From: an uncultured Bacilli bacterium
GTDB lineage: Bacteria > Bacillota_I > Bacilli_A > RF39 > UBA660
Length of the DNA: 53,665 bases
Direction: 5' to 3'
Assembly: GCA_934102055.1 (NCBI GenBank)
Contig: CAKOSE010000004.1
Span: 1 to 53,665, forward strand
The notes under the pieces were generated by a model, which saw only the letters and a program-made list of their open reading frames with translations, was not told the DNA's origin and searched no databases. Positions within the stretch are counted from its first letter, which is position 1. The number at the start of each line of letters is the position of its first letter. The position numbers and the translations under genes are program-made. Positions 8,450-15,276 of the stretch are shown piece by piece.

Positions 8450-9424
8450 TTAGCTTAATGTGCGTTTTTTTATATCATTTGAGGTTGAAAATTTATCTAT
8501 TGTGGCTTTTCTATCTATTAGAATGGCTCTTACTATATCAAGAGATATATTATTTTCTTTGTAATCTCTTTTGTAAGACTTGCTTTTTGTATATTTCATG
8601 GTATCGTTGTAAGCTTTAAGGACGCTTATATCGTCTATTAAATGAAGTAAAGCTTCTAGATAACTTTTATGTTTTATGACTTCTAAGTAAGAATATGGGT
8701 CATTGTAATTATAATCTTTAACTTTTAGGATAGATAGTATTTCTTGATTGATTTGTTGTTTTAGAATATCTTCTTTTAAATCGCTAAGATCTTCTTCATC
8801 AATAAATAGAAAATTACTAAGTTCTTCATCTGTTAAATAATTAAAACTATTGCTAGTTAAATATTTCATATCTAAGAAATTTTCTTCACTTATTTTATAT
8901 TTTGTCCTTATTATATAATTTCTAACATCTTCTCGTGTATTTTCAGTAAGTAAATCATTTAGTATATAGATAGTGCTTAGATTTTTTTCTTCATTTAGTA
9001 TAGTAGATAAACTTTCCCTTTGAAAAAGAGAAAGTCCTATTACTCTTAGTTTATCTCTTGTTGTTTCATAACCGTTTACTTCTAAAGATATTTCATCTAT
9101 ATTATCTAATATTTCATTTGCTTGTTCTTCTATATATTTTTGGTTTATCTTTTTATCTAACTGATTAATAACTCTTTTTAATGGAAAGTCTTTTAAGGAT
9201 TCTTTTGTTATTAAATAGTCTAGTGTTGAAAGATCATTGTCATTATAGATGCTAAATTCTTTACCTACTAGTTCTTTTAATTTTAATACTTCTTTTTTAT
9301 ACTCATTGCTGTCTTTTTTGTTGTTTACTTCTAATTTGCATAACATGTTATATGTCTCATTTATTTGTTTTGTGACTTCGATTAAACTTGTTTTAAAGTT
9401 TAGTAATTTTTTTTCATTGCTCAT
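8450..9424 (-). CDS. Hypothetical cytoplasmic, predominantly helical protein
   Basis: Long ORF. The start MSNEKK follows the RBS GGGGGA. No TM segment and no recognisable motif. Confidence 0.6.
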   Translation of the reverse strand: MSNEKKLLNFKTSLIEVTKQINETYNMLCKLEVNNKKDSNEYKKEVLKLKELVGKEFSIYNDNDLSTLDYLITKESLKDFPLKRVINQLDKKINQKYIEEQANEILDNIDEISLEVNGYETTRDKLRVIGLSLFQRESLSTILNEEKNLSTIYILNDLLTENTREDVRNYIIRTKYKISEENFLDMKYLTSNSFNYLTDEELSNFLFIDEEDLSDLKEDILKQQINQEILSILKVKDYNYNDPYSYLEVIKHKSYLEALLHLIDDISVLKAYNDTMKYTKSKSYKRDYKENNISLDIVRAILIDRKATIDKFSTSNDIKKRTLS

Positions 9425-9499
9425 GTCTAATTCCCCCATGGATAGATTTTATCATTTTTTTATGGATTAGTCAAAAAAATAAGTCTTCTTTTAGACTTA

Positions 9500-9736
9500 T
9501 TACTTTTCTTCTTTTTTAGTTTCTTTTTTGCTTTTTTTAGCCTTTGTTTGTACTTCTTCTACTTGGTCTTTTATAACTTGTGTGTTCTTATAATAACCAC
9601 ATTCTTTACAAACTCTATGAGATTTAATAGTAGCACCACAATTAGGGCAAACAGTAGTATTCTTAGCTGTTAAAGCCATATGGGCTCTACGAGTTCTTTG
9701 ACTAGTTTTTGAAACTTTTCTTGCAGGAACTGCCAT
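9500..9736 (-). CDS. rpmF: 50S ribosomal protein L32 with a K/E-rich C-terminal extension
   Basis: MAVPARKVSKTSQRTRRAH plus the zinc ribbon CPNCG...CKECG. RBS AAGGAGTGA. The start is set at MAV rather than the upstream ORF-track start. Confidence 0.9.
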   Translation of the reverse strand: MAVPARKVSKTSQRTRRAHMALTAKNTTVCPNCGATIKSHRVCKECGYYKNTQVIKDQVEEVQTKAKKSKKETKKEEK

Positions 9737-9829
9737 ATTATCACTCCTTTTTTTATCTACTTGACTAGAAGTCATTGCTTTATAAATTATACACTATATT
9801 TATATAAAATACAAGGAATTTTTTGTATT

Positions 9830-10561
9830 TTACTTTATTTGATTTAAAAAATTTTTTGATTTTAGATATAAACCAGTATATTTTGTATAATAGTCTTCTA
9901 AAAATTTGCTTATTTCTATTTTGTTTTTGTCTCTTATATTAAGTTCTTTTATTTTGAAAATATCTACTAAATCGAACATTCTAAGTAGTTTTATTGTTTT
10001 TTGATCTGCAATGTATTCGTTTGTGTAACAGTTTTTGCAAATATATCCTCCAGCATCACTATTTATTGTTATTATATCTTTTTGGTTTCCACATAGGCTA
10101 CATCTATTGAGAATGGGCTTAACTCCTAGAAATGATAGGTATTTAAGCTCTGCTATGTTGGTAATAAGACTAGGATCTAGGTTGTTTTCTATTTTTATGA
10201 GTGATGCTTCTAAGATATTAAATATTTCTTTTGGATTATTATTTTGTTTAGTAACTTGAGAGGCTAAATCTACTAAATAAGTAGCATATCCTATTTTTTT
10301 TAAATCTGTTTTTATGTTTTTAAAATTATTTATTATATCTACTTCTAATAAGGTTGAAAGTGTGTTTTCTTTGTAATTTAGATAAAATATTCCGTATGTT
10401 AGTTTACAGGATGCTGAACGAAGTTTTGATTTATAATTTCTACAACCTTTAGATATAACGCTTATTATTCCTTTTTCAGGAGTAATTATATTAAGTATTT
10501 TACTAGATTCACTATAGTTAGTATCATTTATCACTATTCCCTTTATCTTGATTGTTTGCAC
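9830..10561 (-). CDS. recO: DNA repair protein RecO
   Basis: OB-fold N-terminus (KGIVINDTNYSESSKIL) and a Cys4 motif (CSLCGN...CKNC). GTG start. Conserved position after era-yqzL. Confidence 0.85.
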   Translation of the reverse strand: MQTIKIKGIVINDTNYSESSKILNIITPEKGIISVISKGCRNYKSKLRSASCKLTYGIFYLNYKENTLSTLLEVDIINNFKNIKTDLKKIGYATYLVDLASQVTKQNNNPKEIFNILEASLIKIENNLDPSLITNIAELKYLSFLGVKPILNRCSLCGNQKDIITINSDAGGYICKNCYTNEYIADQKTIKLLRMFDLVDIFKIKELNIRDKNKIEISKFLEDYYTKYTGLYLKSKNFLNQIK

Positions 10562-10649
10562 TTTTATTTATTATCTCCATTTCTTTATACAACATATAAT
10601 ATTTTATATCTCCTGTTAGTTTGAATAAGTTCCAAATTTTATTTTCCAT
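10524..10649 (-). CDS. yqzL: YqzL-like small protein (41 aa), absent from the ORF track
   Basis: MENKIWNLFKLTGDIKYYMLYKEMEIINKSANNQDKGNSDK matches the YqzL pattern (W-x-LF-x-x-TG-x-I-x-x-Y-x-x-Y-K-E). RBS TAGGTGA. It sits between era and recO as in Bacillus subtilis and overlaps the recO start by 38 nt. Confidence 0.6.
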   Translation of the reverse strand: MENKIWNLFKLTGDIKYYMLYKEMEIINKSANNQDKGNSDK

Positions 10650-10679
10650 TTTATCACCTATATATATAGTGATACTTTT

Positions 10680-11564
10680 TTATAGATCTTTTTCAGTAAT
10701 TCGTAATAAATCAAACATTTCTTCTTTATTTTTCCAGTTTTCTATTGTTTTGACATATAATTCTAGATAAACTTTCATGCCTAGGTATTCTTCTAGATCG
10801 TATCTAGCAAGCATTCCTATTTTTTTTAGCATTGCACCGTTTTTGCCAATTATAATTTTTTTTAGATTTTTTCTATCTACTATTATTAAAGCGTTTATAT
10901 ATGCTGTTTTTCTTTTGAAACAAATATTTTCTACTAGACATGTAACTGAATGTGGAACTTCTTCTTTTGTTAAGTTAAGAACTTTTTCTCTTATTATTTC
11001 TCCGATCATGAAGTTTTCATCAACGTTTGTTATAGTATCATCTTCGAAATATTTTATGTTATCTTTTAGATGGGTTTTTATTACTTTTAGTAATTCTTCT
11101 GTGTTATTTCCTTTAAGTCCTGAGACTGGTACTATGTCTTTGAAATCGTATAGATCTTTTAGTTTTATTATTTCTTTTATTAGGTTTTCTTTTTTGATTT
11201 TATCTACTTTGTTTAATACTAGTATAACGTCTTTGTTTTCGTGTTTTAATCTTTCTAGGATTTTTTCATCGCCTTTACCAAAACCACTTGATATATCTAC
11301 TAGGAATAAAACTAGATCGTTTTCAAATGATAAATATGCTTTTTTATTTAGAGCCTCTCCTAGTTTATCTACTGCTTTACCTATTCCTGGTGTATCTATA
11401 AATATTATTTGTGTATCTTCATCGTTATAAATACCATATATATTGTTTCTGGTTGTGCCTACTTTATCTGATGTAATAGCAATTTTTTTGTTCATTATTT
11501 TGTTTATTAGTGTTGATTTTCCTACATTTGGACGTCCTACTATACTTACAAATCCACTTTTCAC
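10680..11564 (-). CDS. era: GTPase Era
   Basis: G1 GRPNVGKST, G3 DTPG, G4 NKVD and a C-terminal KH domain. The start is set to GTG at 11564, behind the RBS AAAGGAGG. It forms a GTGA overlap with the cdd stop codon. Confidence 0.9.
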   Translation of the reverse strand: MKSGFVSIVGRPNVGKSTLINKIMNKKIAITSDKVGTTRNNIYGIYNDEDTQIIFIDTPGIGKAVDKLGEALNKKAYLSFENDLVLFLVDISSGFGKGDEKILERLKHENKDVILVLNKVDKIKKENLIKEIIKLKDLYDFKDIVPVSGLKGNNTEELLKVIKTHLKDNIKYFEDDTITNVDENFMIGEIIREKVLNLTKEEVPHSVTCLVENICFKRKTAYINALIIVDRKNLKKIIIGKNGAMLKKIGMLARYDLEEYLGMKVYLELYVKTIENWKNKEEMFDLLRITEKDL

Positions 11565-11947
11565 TTTAAATCCTCCTTTGAAAAAGGATATGGACATATT
11601 TGCTCCATTTGATATATTTTCTTTTCTTTTTGGTTGTTGTAAACATAAATAAGGGTATCTTGGTTAAAAAATTCTATGAATGTTTGCCTACATATAAAGC
11701 ATGGCATGGCAAATTCTTTACTATCACACATAATATGGATTTCTTTAAAGTTACTTGTAGACTGTCCTTCGCTTATGGCTTTAGTAATTGCTACTCTTTC
11801 GGCACATATGGTAGCACCGTAAGATGCGTTTTCTATATTTACGCCAGTATATTCTTTGCCATCTTTTGTAACTAGTATTGCACTAACACGAAACTTGGAA
11901 TATGGGGCATATGATTTCTTTAGATTCTCTATTAATTTATTTTCCAT
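11561..11947 (-). CDS. cdd: Cytidine deaminase
   Basis: CAERVAI and PCFICRQ zinc-binding motifs in a 128-aa ORF. Confidence 0.9.
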   Translation of the reverse strand: MENKLIENLKKSYAPYSKFRVSAILVTKDGKEYTGVNIENASYGATICAERVAITKAISEGQSTSNFKEIHIMCDSKEFAMPCFICRQTFIEFFNQDTLIYVYNNQKEKKIYQMEQICPYPFSKEDLK

Positions 11948-11957
11948 AACTTACTCC

Positions 11958-12359
11958 TTAAAATAAACTTATTATGCGTGGTATAAACACGATTAGTCCT
12001 ACTATGAAGGCAAATATAGATGCTACTGCAACAGCACCACTTGCACAGTCTTTTGCAACTTTTCCGTATTTGCTTTTTTTATCTCCATCATGAAGATTAA
12101 CGACTGCTTCGATTGCGGTGTTGATTAGCTCTAAAGCAAGTATTTGTCCTATTAAAAGAATAATAACTAGTCTTTCTAAGTAACTTATATTAAGTAGTAG
12201 TCCTAGGATGATTGCTAGTATTCCCATGATGAACATTACTATAATATTTTGTTCGTGATAAAACGCATATCTTATACCTTCTTTAGCATATCCAAATGAT
12301 TTAGTAAATCTTTTTAGGCTTTTTCTATTTTTTTCAAACATTTCTTTATCTTTATTCAT
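11958..12359 (-). CDS. dgkA: Diacylglycerol/undecaprenol kinase (prokaryotic DAGK family)
   Basis: Three-TM small kinase with the ELINTAIE motif. Conserved position between ybeY and cdd. Confidence 0.85.
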   Translation of the reverse strand: MNKDKEMFEKNRKSLKRFTKSFGYAKEGIRYAFYHEQNIIVMFIMGILAIILGLLLNISYLERLVIILLIGQILALELINTAIEAVVNLHDGDKKSKYGKVAKDCASGAVAVASIFAFIVGLIVFIPRIISLF

Positions 12360-12804
12360 CTAATATCATCTCCTGTTTTTTAAACATAATCTTTTCGTCT
12401 TCTTTTTTCATGTGATCATATCCTAGTAAATGTAATAAACCGTGAACGCTTAGAAATGATAGTTCACGAGTTAAGGAATGACTATATTCTTTGCTTTGTG
12501 ATTTTGCTTTATCTACTGAAATGTAGATATCTCCGAGTACTCTTTGTTTTAGAAAAAACTCTTCATTTTTTTCATCTTCTAGGGCAAAACTTATGACATC
12601 TGTTACACTGTCTTTATTTCTATACTTTTTATTTATTTCATGTATTTGGTTGTTGTCTATTAATATTATATTAAAATATGCATTTTTGACATGTTCAAGT
12701 TTTAGACATTTGTTAATATATTTTTTCACTTCTTTTATTTCTTTGTTTAAAGAATAATTAGTTGTGTTATATATTTTATACTTATTTAAGGAATTAAAAA
12801 CCAT
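12352..12804 (-). CDS. ybeY: rRNA maturation endoribonuclease YbeY
   Basis: HGLLHLLGYDH metal-binding motif. Confidence 0.9.
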   Translation of the reverse strand: MVFNSLNKYKIYNTTNYSLNKEIKEVKKYINKCLKLEHVKNAYFNIILIDNNQIHEINKKYRNKDSVTDVISFALEDEKNEEFFLKQRVLGDIYISVDKAKSQSKEYSHSLTRELSFLSVHGLLHLLGYDHMKKEDEKIMFKKQEMILDE

Positions 12805-13388
12805 ACTAAACCTCCTAGTACTAATATTGAGACTATGTCCCAGAATATATCTTTATGGAAGAAGCTAGGTAATCTATCGACTTCTTTTTTACAAATTTTA
12901 TAAAGACCAAAGCCTAGTAAGCATCCTAGTACGTTAAGTATTATATCATCTACATCAAATACTCTTCCTATTAAAAACTGAACTACTTCTATGGAAAGGG
13001 ATGTTATAAAGGCGATTATGGATACTATTAAAGGGCTTTTTACTTTGATATATTTTCCTATAAATACGCCATATGGTAAGAATAATAAAACGTTACCAAA
13101 TATATTTTTATAGAAAAGTCCACTGCCAAAATCATATCTAAGTATTTCTTTAAAGGGGATATAATTATGAGATGACCAGCTTACATCTTGGAAAGTAACA
13201 GCATAAAATAAACAAAGTATGTAAATTATAAAACATAATTTAAATAGTTCATCATGTAATACGAGTTTTTCTTTGTTTGTGAATAAGTATGTTACTCTTA
13301 GTAATACTGCGATTATTATAGCAATTGTTATCATTGGCCAAGAAAAACCAAGTAATGATAATATTTGAGATTTTAGTCCTTCGATCAT
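12786..13388 (-). CDS. VanZ-like family membrane protein
   Basis: Multi-TM protein with the NVLLFLPYG, SIEVVQF and DVDDIILNVLG pattern typical of VanZ-like proteins. Confidence 0.65.
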   Translation of the reverse strand: MIEGLKSQILSLLGFSWPMITIAIIIAVLLRVTYLFTNKEKLVLHDELFKLCFIIYILCLFYAVTFQDVSWSSHNYIPFKEILRYDFGSGLFYKNIFGNVLLFLPYGVFIGKYIKVKSPLIVSIIAFITSLSIEVVQFLIGRVFDVDDIILNVLGCLLGFGLYKICKKEVDRLPSFFHKDIFWDIVSILVLGGLVWFLIP

Positions 13389-13392
13389 ATAA

Positions 13393-14538
13393 CTAGTCCT
13401 CTTCTTCTATATTCTTCAAATCTTCCTCTTTAGAGATATCTTCATAAGTTTTGAAAAAAACTTCTATATACATTTTACCATTTTTAATATACTTTTTCAA
13501 AGTTTTTTGTTTAATTATATATTCATCTTTTTCTAAAGTATCTAAAATATCTTTTTTAGCACGGACTTCTAATATTTTTTTTAGATTATTACTGGTATAT
13601 TTTTTAGACTTGGTTGTGTATTTTTTTTCTTGTTTTATATTTATACTTAATAAATCGTTTTTAAAGATATTACTTGTTTTATTACTTTGTATTTTTTTCC
13701 TTAGTTTAAATAAGATTATTTCTTTGTTATTGGTATTTAAAACAAGGCTTAGATTTCCTTTTTCTTTTGGGACTAGTTCTTTGTGATTTAAACTATCGTT
13801 TACTTTTACTATATACCAAACTTCTGCATAGACTTTTCCACTTGCTCTTACTTTAGAGACAATGTTTTCGTTTCTTATTATGTTTCCGCTTATAATAACA
13901 TCGCCTTTTTTTACGTAGTCATAAGTGTTTTTTTGAACTTGACCGCGTCTTGATTCAATTTTTCTTATATAACCACTTTTTTCTGCGACTATATCTTTAT
14001 AATCATTTTTATCATTTTTTATGTGATCAATTCTTTCTATTACTTTAACATTTAATAGAACTCCTTTTTGATCTAGTTCAATCCATTCTATTTTATCTTT
14101 GTTATTGTTTTTGATATTAAGACTAATTGTATTTAGGGATTTATAGTCTTTTTTTAAAGAATAAAGAGTAATTTTTTCTTTTTCTAAGTTATTAGAAATT
14201 GTTTGTTTTAAGGAATCACTATTGGTATCTATATTTATAAATAAAGTAAAATGAGAAATAAAGCATAGAAAAAAAACACTAATAATAAAAGTAATTAGAG
14301 ATATTTTGTATTTTTTCAAATTCATTAAGTACTTTTTCTTACCACATGTCTTTATTATATTTATTTGATAAGTTGTCTTTATTTTTTTTATTTTTTGATA
14401 ATCGCTATAGGATATTTTTATAAGGATGTTATTTTTTTGATATTTAATATCTAGTATATTTATATCTAGTTTAAGTATTTGTGTTAAGAATTTTCTTGTG
14501 TTTTTACCTTTTATCTCAGCCCAAAAATAATTAATCAT
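13393..14538 (-). CDS. yqfD: Sporulation protein YqfD (stage IV)
   Basis: About 380 aa with one central TM. It lies immediately downstream of yqfC, in conserved synteny with the ybeY-era cluster. Confidence 0.7.
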   Translation of the reverse strand: MINYFWAEIKGKNTRKFLTQILKLDINILDIKYQKNNILIKISYSDYQKIKKIKTTYQINIIKTCGKKKYLMNLKKYKISLITFIISVFFLCFISHFTLFINIDTNSDSLKQTISNNLEKEKITLYSLKKDYKSLNTISLNIKNNNKDKIEWIELDQKGVLLNVKVIERIDHIKNDKNDYKDIVAEKSGYIRKIESRRGQVQKNTYDYVKKGDVIISGNIIRNENIVSKVRASGKVYAEVWYIVKVNDSLNHKELVPKEKGNLSLVLNTNNKEIILFKLRKKIQSNKTSNIFKNDLLSINIKQEKKYTTKSKKYTSNNLKKILEVRAKKDILDTLEKDEYIIKQKTLKKYIKNGKMYIEVFFKTYEDISKEEDLKNIEEED

Positions 14539-14546
14539 TTTATCAC

Positions 14547-14777
14547 CTAAAATTCAATAGTTTTTATTTTGCCCAGAATCATTATTTCATGATTTTCTAG
14601 TTTTGTTACTCTTAAATCATTGCCTTTTATGTTTATGTAGCCGTTGCTAGTATTTATAAGAATTCTATCATCTTCGAAGACTAAAACTTCTTTAAATGAT
14701 TTTATACTTAGTTTTCCGTCTTCTAGTATGACTCTAAAATTGTTATCATAAACGATATCTCTTAGTTCTTTAAACAT
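14547..14777 (-). CDS. yqfC: Sporulation protein YqfC
   Basis: A 76-aa protein with the ILINTSNGYINIKGNDLRV and ILGKIKTIEF pattern typical of YqfC. Confidence 0.7.
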   Translation of the reverse strand: MFKELRDIVYDNNFRVILEDGKLSIKSFKEVLVFEDDRILINTSNGYINIKGNDLRVTKLENHEIMILGKIKTIEF

Positions 14778-14812
14778 AAACTCTCCTTTATTAAAAAGTA
14801 TGTTTACTATAC

Positions 14813-14838
14813 AAAAAAAAGACTAGCTTATGCTAATC
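14813..14838 (-). terminator. Rho-independent terminator closing the bacteriocin locus
   Basis: On the minus strand: GAUUAGC-AUAA-GCUAGUC (one G-U pair) followed by UUUUUUUU, directly after the stop of the small hydrophobic ORF. Confidence 0.65.
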
Positions 14839-14991
14839 TTATATACAGTTTGAAATTTCTCTTAGATAAGAGCCGAATGCTATTCCTAGAATATTTATGA
14901 AATATAATACTTTTATAACGATTGGTAATGAAATGACTGTAAAAACTATTTTTAACGCTTTTTTCTTGTTTAATCTCTTGATAAAGTGCAT
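14839..14991 (-). CDS. Candidate bacteriocin immunity protein (50 aa, hydrophobic), absent from the ORF track
   Basis: MHFIKRLNKKKALKIVFTVISLPIVIKVLYFINILGIAFGSYLREISNCI has a basic N-terminus and a hydrophobic core. The ATG overlaps the last 22 nt of peptide B, and the ORF ends right at the terminator. The SD (GAAGAA) is weak. Confidence 0.35.
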   Translation of the reverse strand: MHFIKRLNKKKALKIVFTVISLPIVIKVLYFINILGIAFGSYLREISNCI

Positions 14992-15173
14992 AATTTTTTT
15001 CTTCTTATTCTACGTATAGCAGAACCAAATTCTTGTCCGAAACCATATAGAACCTTAAAAGCTGAAGTGAAGGCGTTTATGACTGAGCCTGAAAACTTTG
15101 CTCCACCGATTACTTCTTTGGATTCTTCTATGGTTAATTTATTTACGACATTTGATTGGTCTAACATAACCAT
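14970..15173 (-). CDS. Double-glycine-leader bacteriocin precursor B (67 aa, predicted 43-aa cationic mature peptide)
   Basis: The leader MVMLDQSNVVNKLTIEESKEVIGG fits the GG-leader consensus (L-12, E-8, V-4, GG). The predicted mature peptide is AKFSGSVINAFTSAFKVLYGFGQEFGSAIRRIRRKKLCTLSRD. An AGGAG SD lies 6 nt upstream of the ATG at 15173. The gene is adjacent to the C39-ABC exporter. Confidence 0.7.
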   Translation of the reverse strand: MVMLDQSNVVNKLTIEESKEVIGGAKFSGSVINAFTSAFKVLYGFGQEFGSAIRRIRRKKLCTLSRD

Positions 15174-15276
15174 CAAGTGCTCCTATTCCAAAAATTATAC
15201 CTGCTATTCCTCCGAGTATTGCCCAAAGAGATACTCCACCTTCTATGTTTTTTAATTCTTTATCGCTTAACTTCAT
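15139..15276 (-). CDS. Double-glycine-leader bacteriocin precursor A (45 aa, predicted 31-aa hydrophobic GxxxG-rich mature peptide), absent from the ORF track
   Basis: MKLSDKELKNIEGG matches the LSxxELxxIxGG consensus exactly. The predicted mature peptide is VSLWAILGGIAGIIFGIGALDGYVRPIKCRK. The SD AAGGGGGA lies 9 nt upstream. The ATG lies 17 nt inside the 3' end of the ABC gene, and the 3' end overlaps the start of peptide B. Confidence 0.7.
   Translation of the reverse strand: MKLSDKELKNIEGGVSLWAILGGIAGIIFGIGALDGYVRPIKCRK

Noticed and set aside
10777-11430. 217-aa plus-strand ORF antisense to era. The same applies to similar antisense ORFs listed throughout the track, for example 18974-19480, 23805-24332, 29790-30278, 40508-40918 and 46215-46571.
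   Set aside because: All lie opposite well-supported conserved genes. They have Ser/Phe/Leu/Ile-rich compositions with no motifs and no start context. They are artefacts of long stop-free antisense frames.
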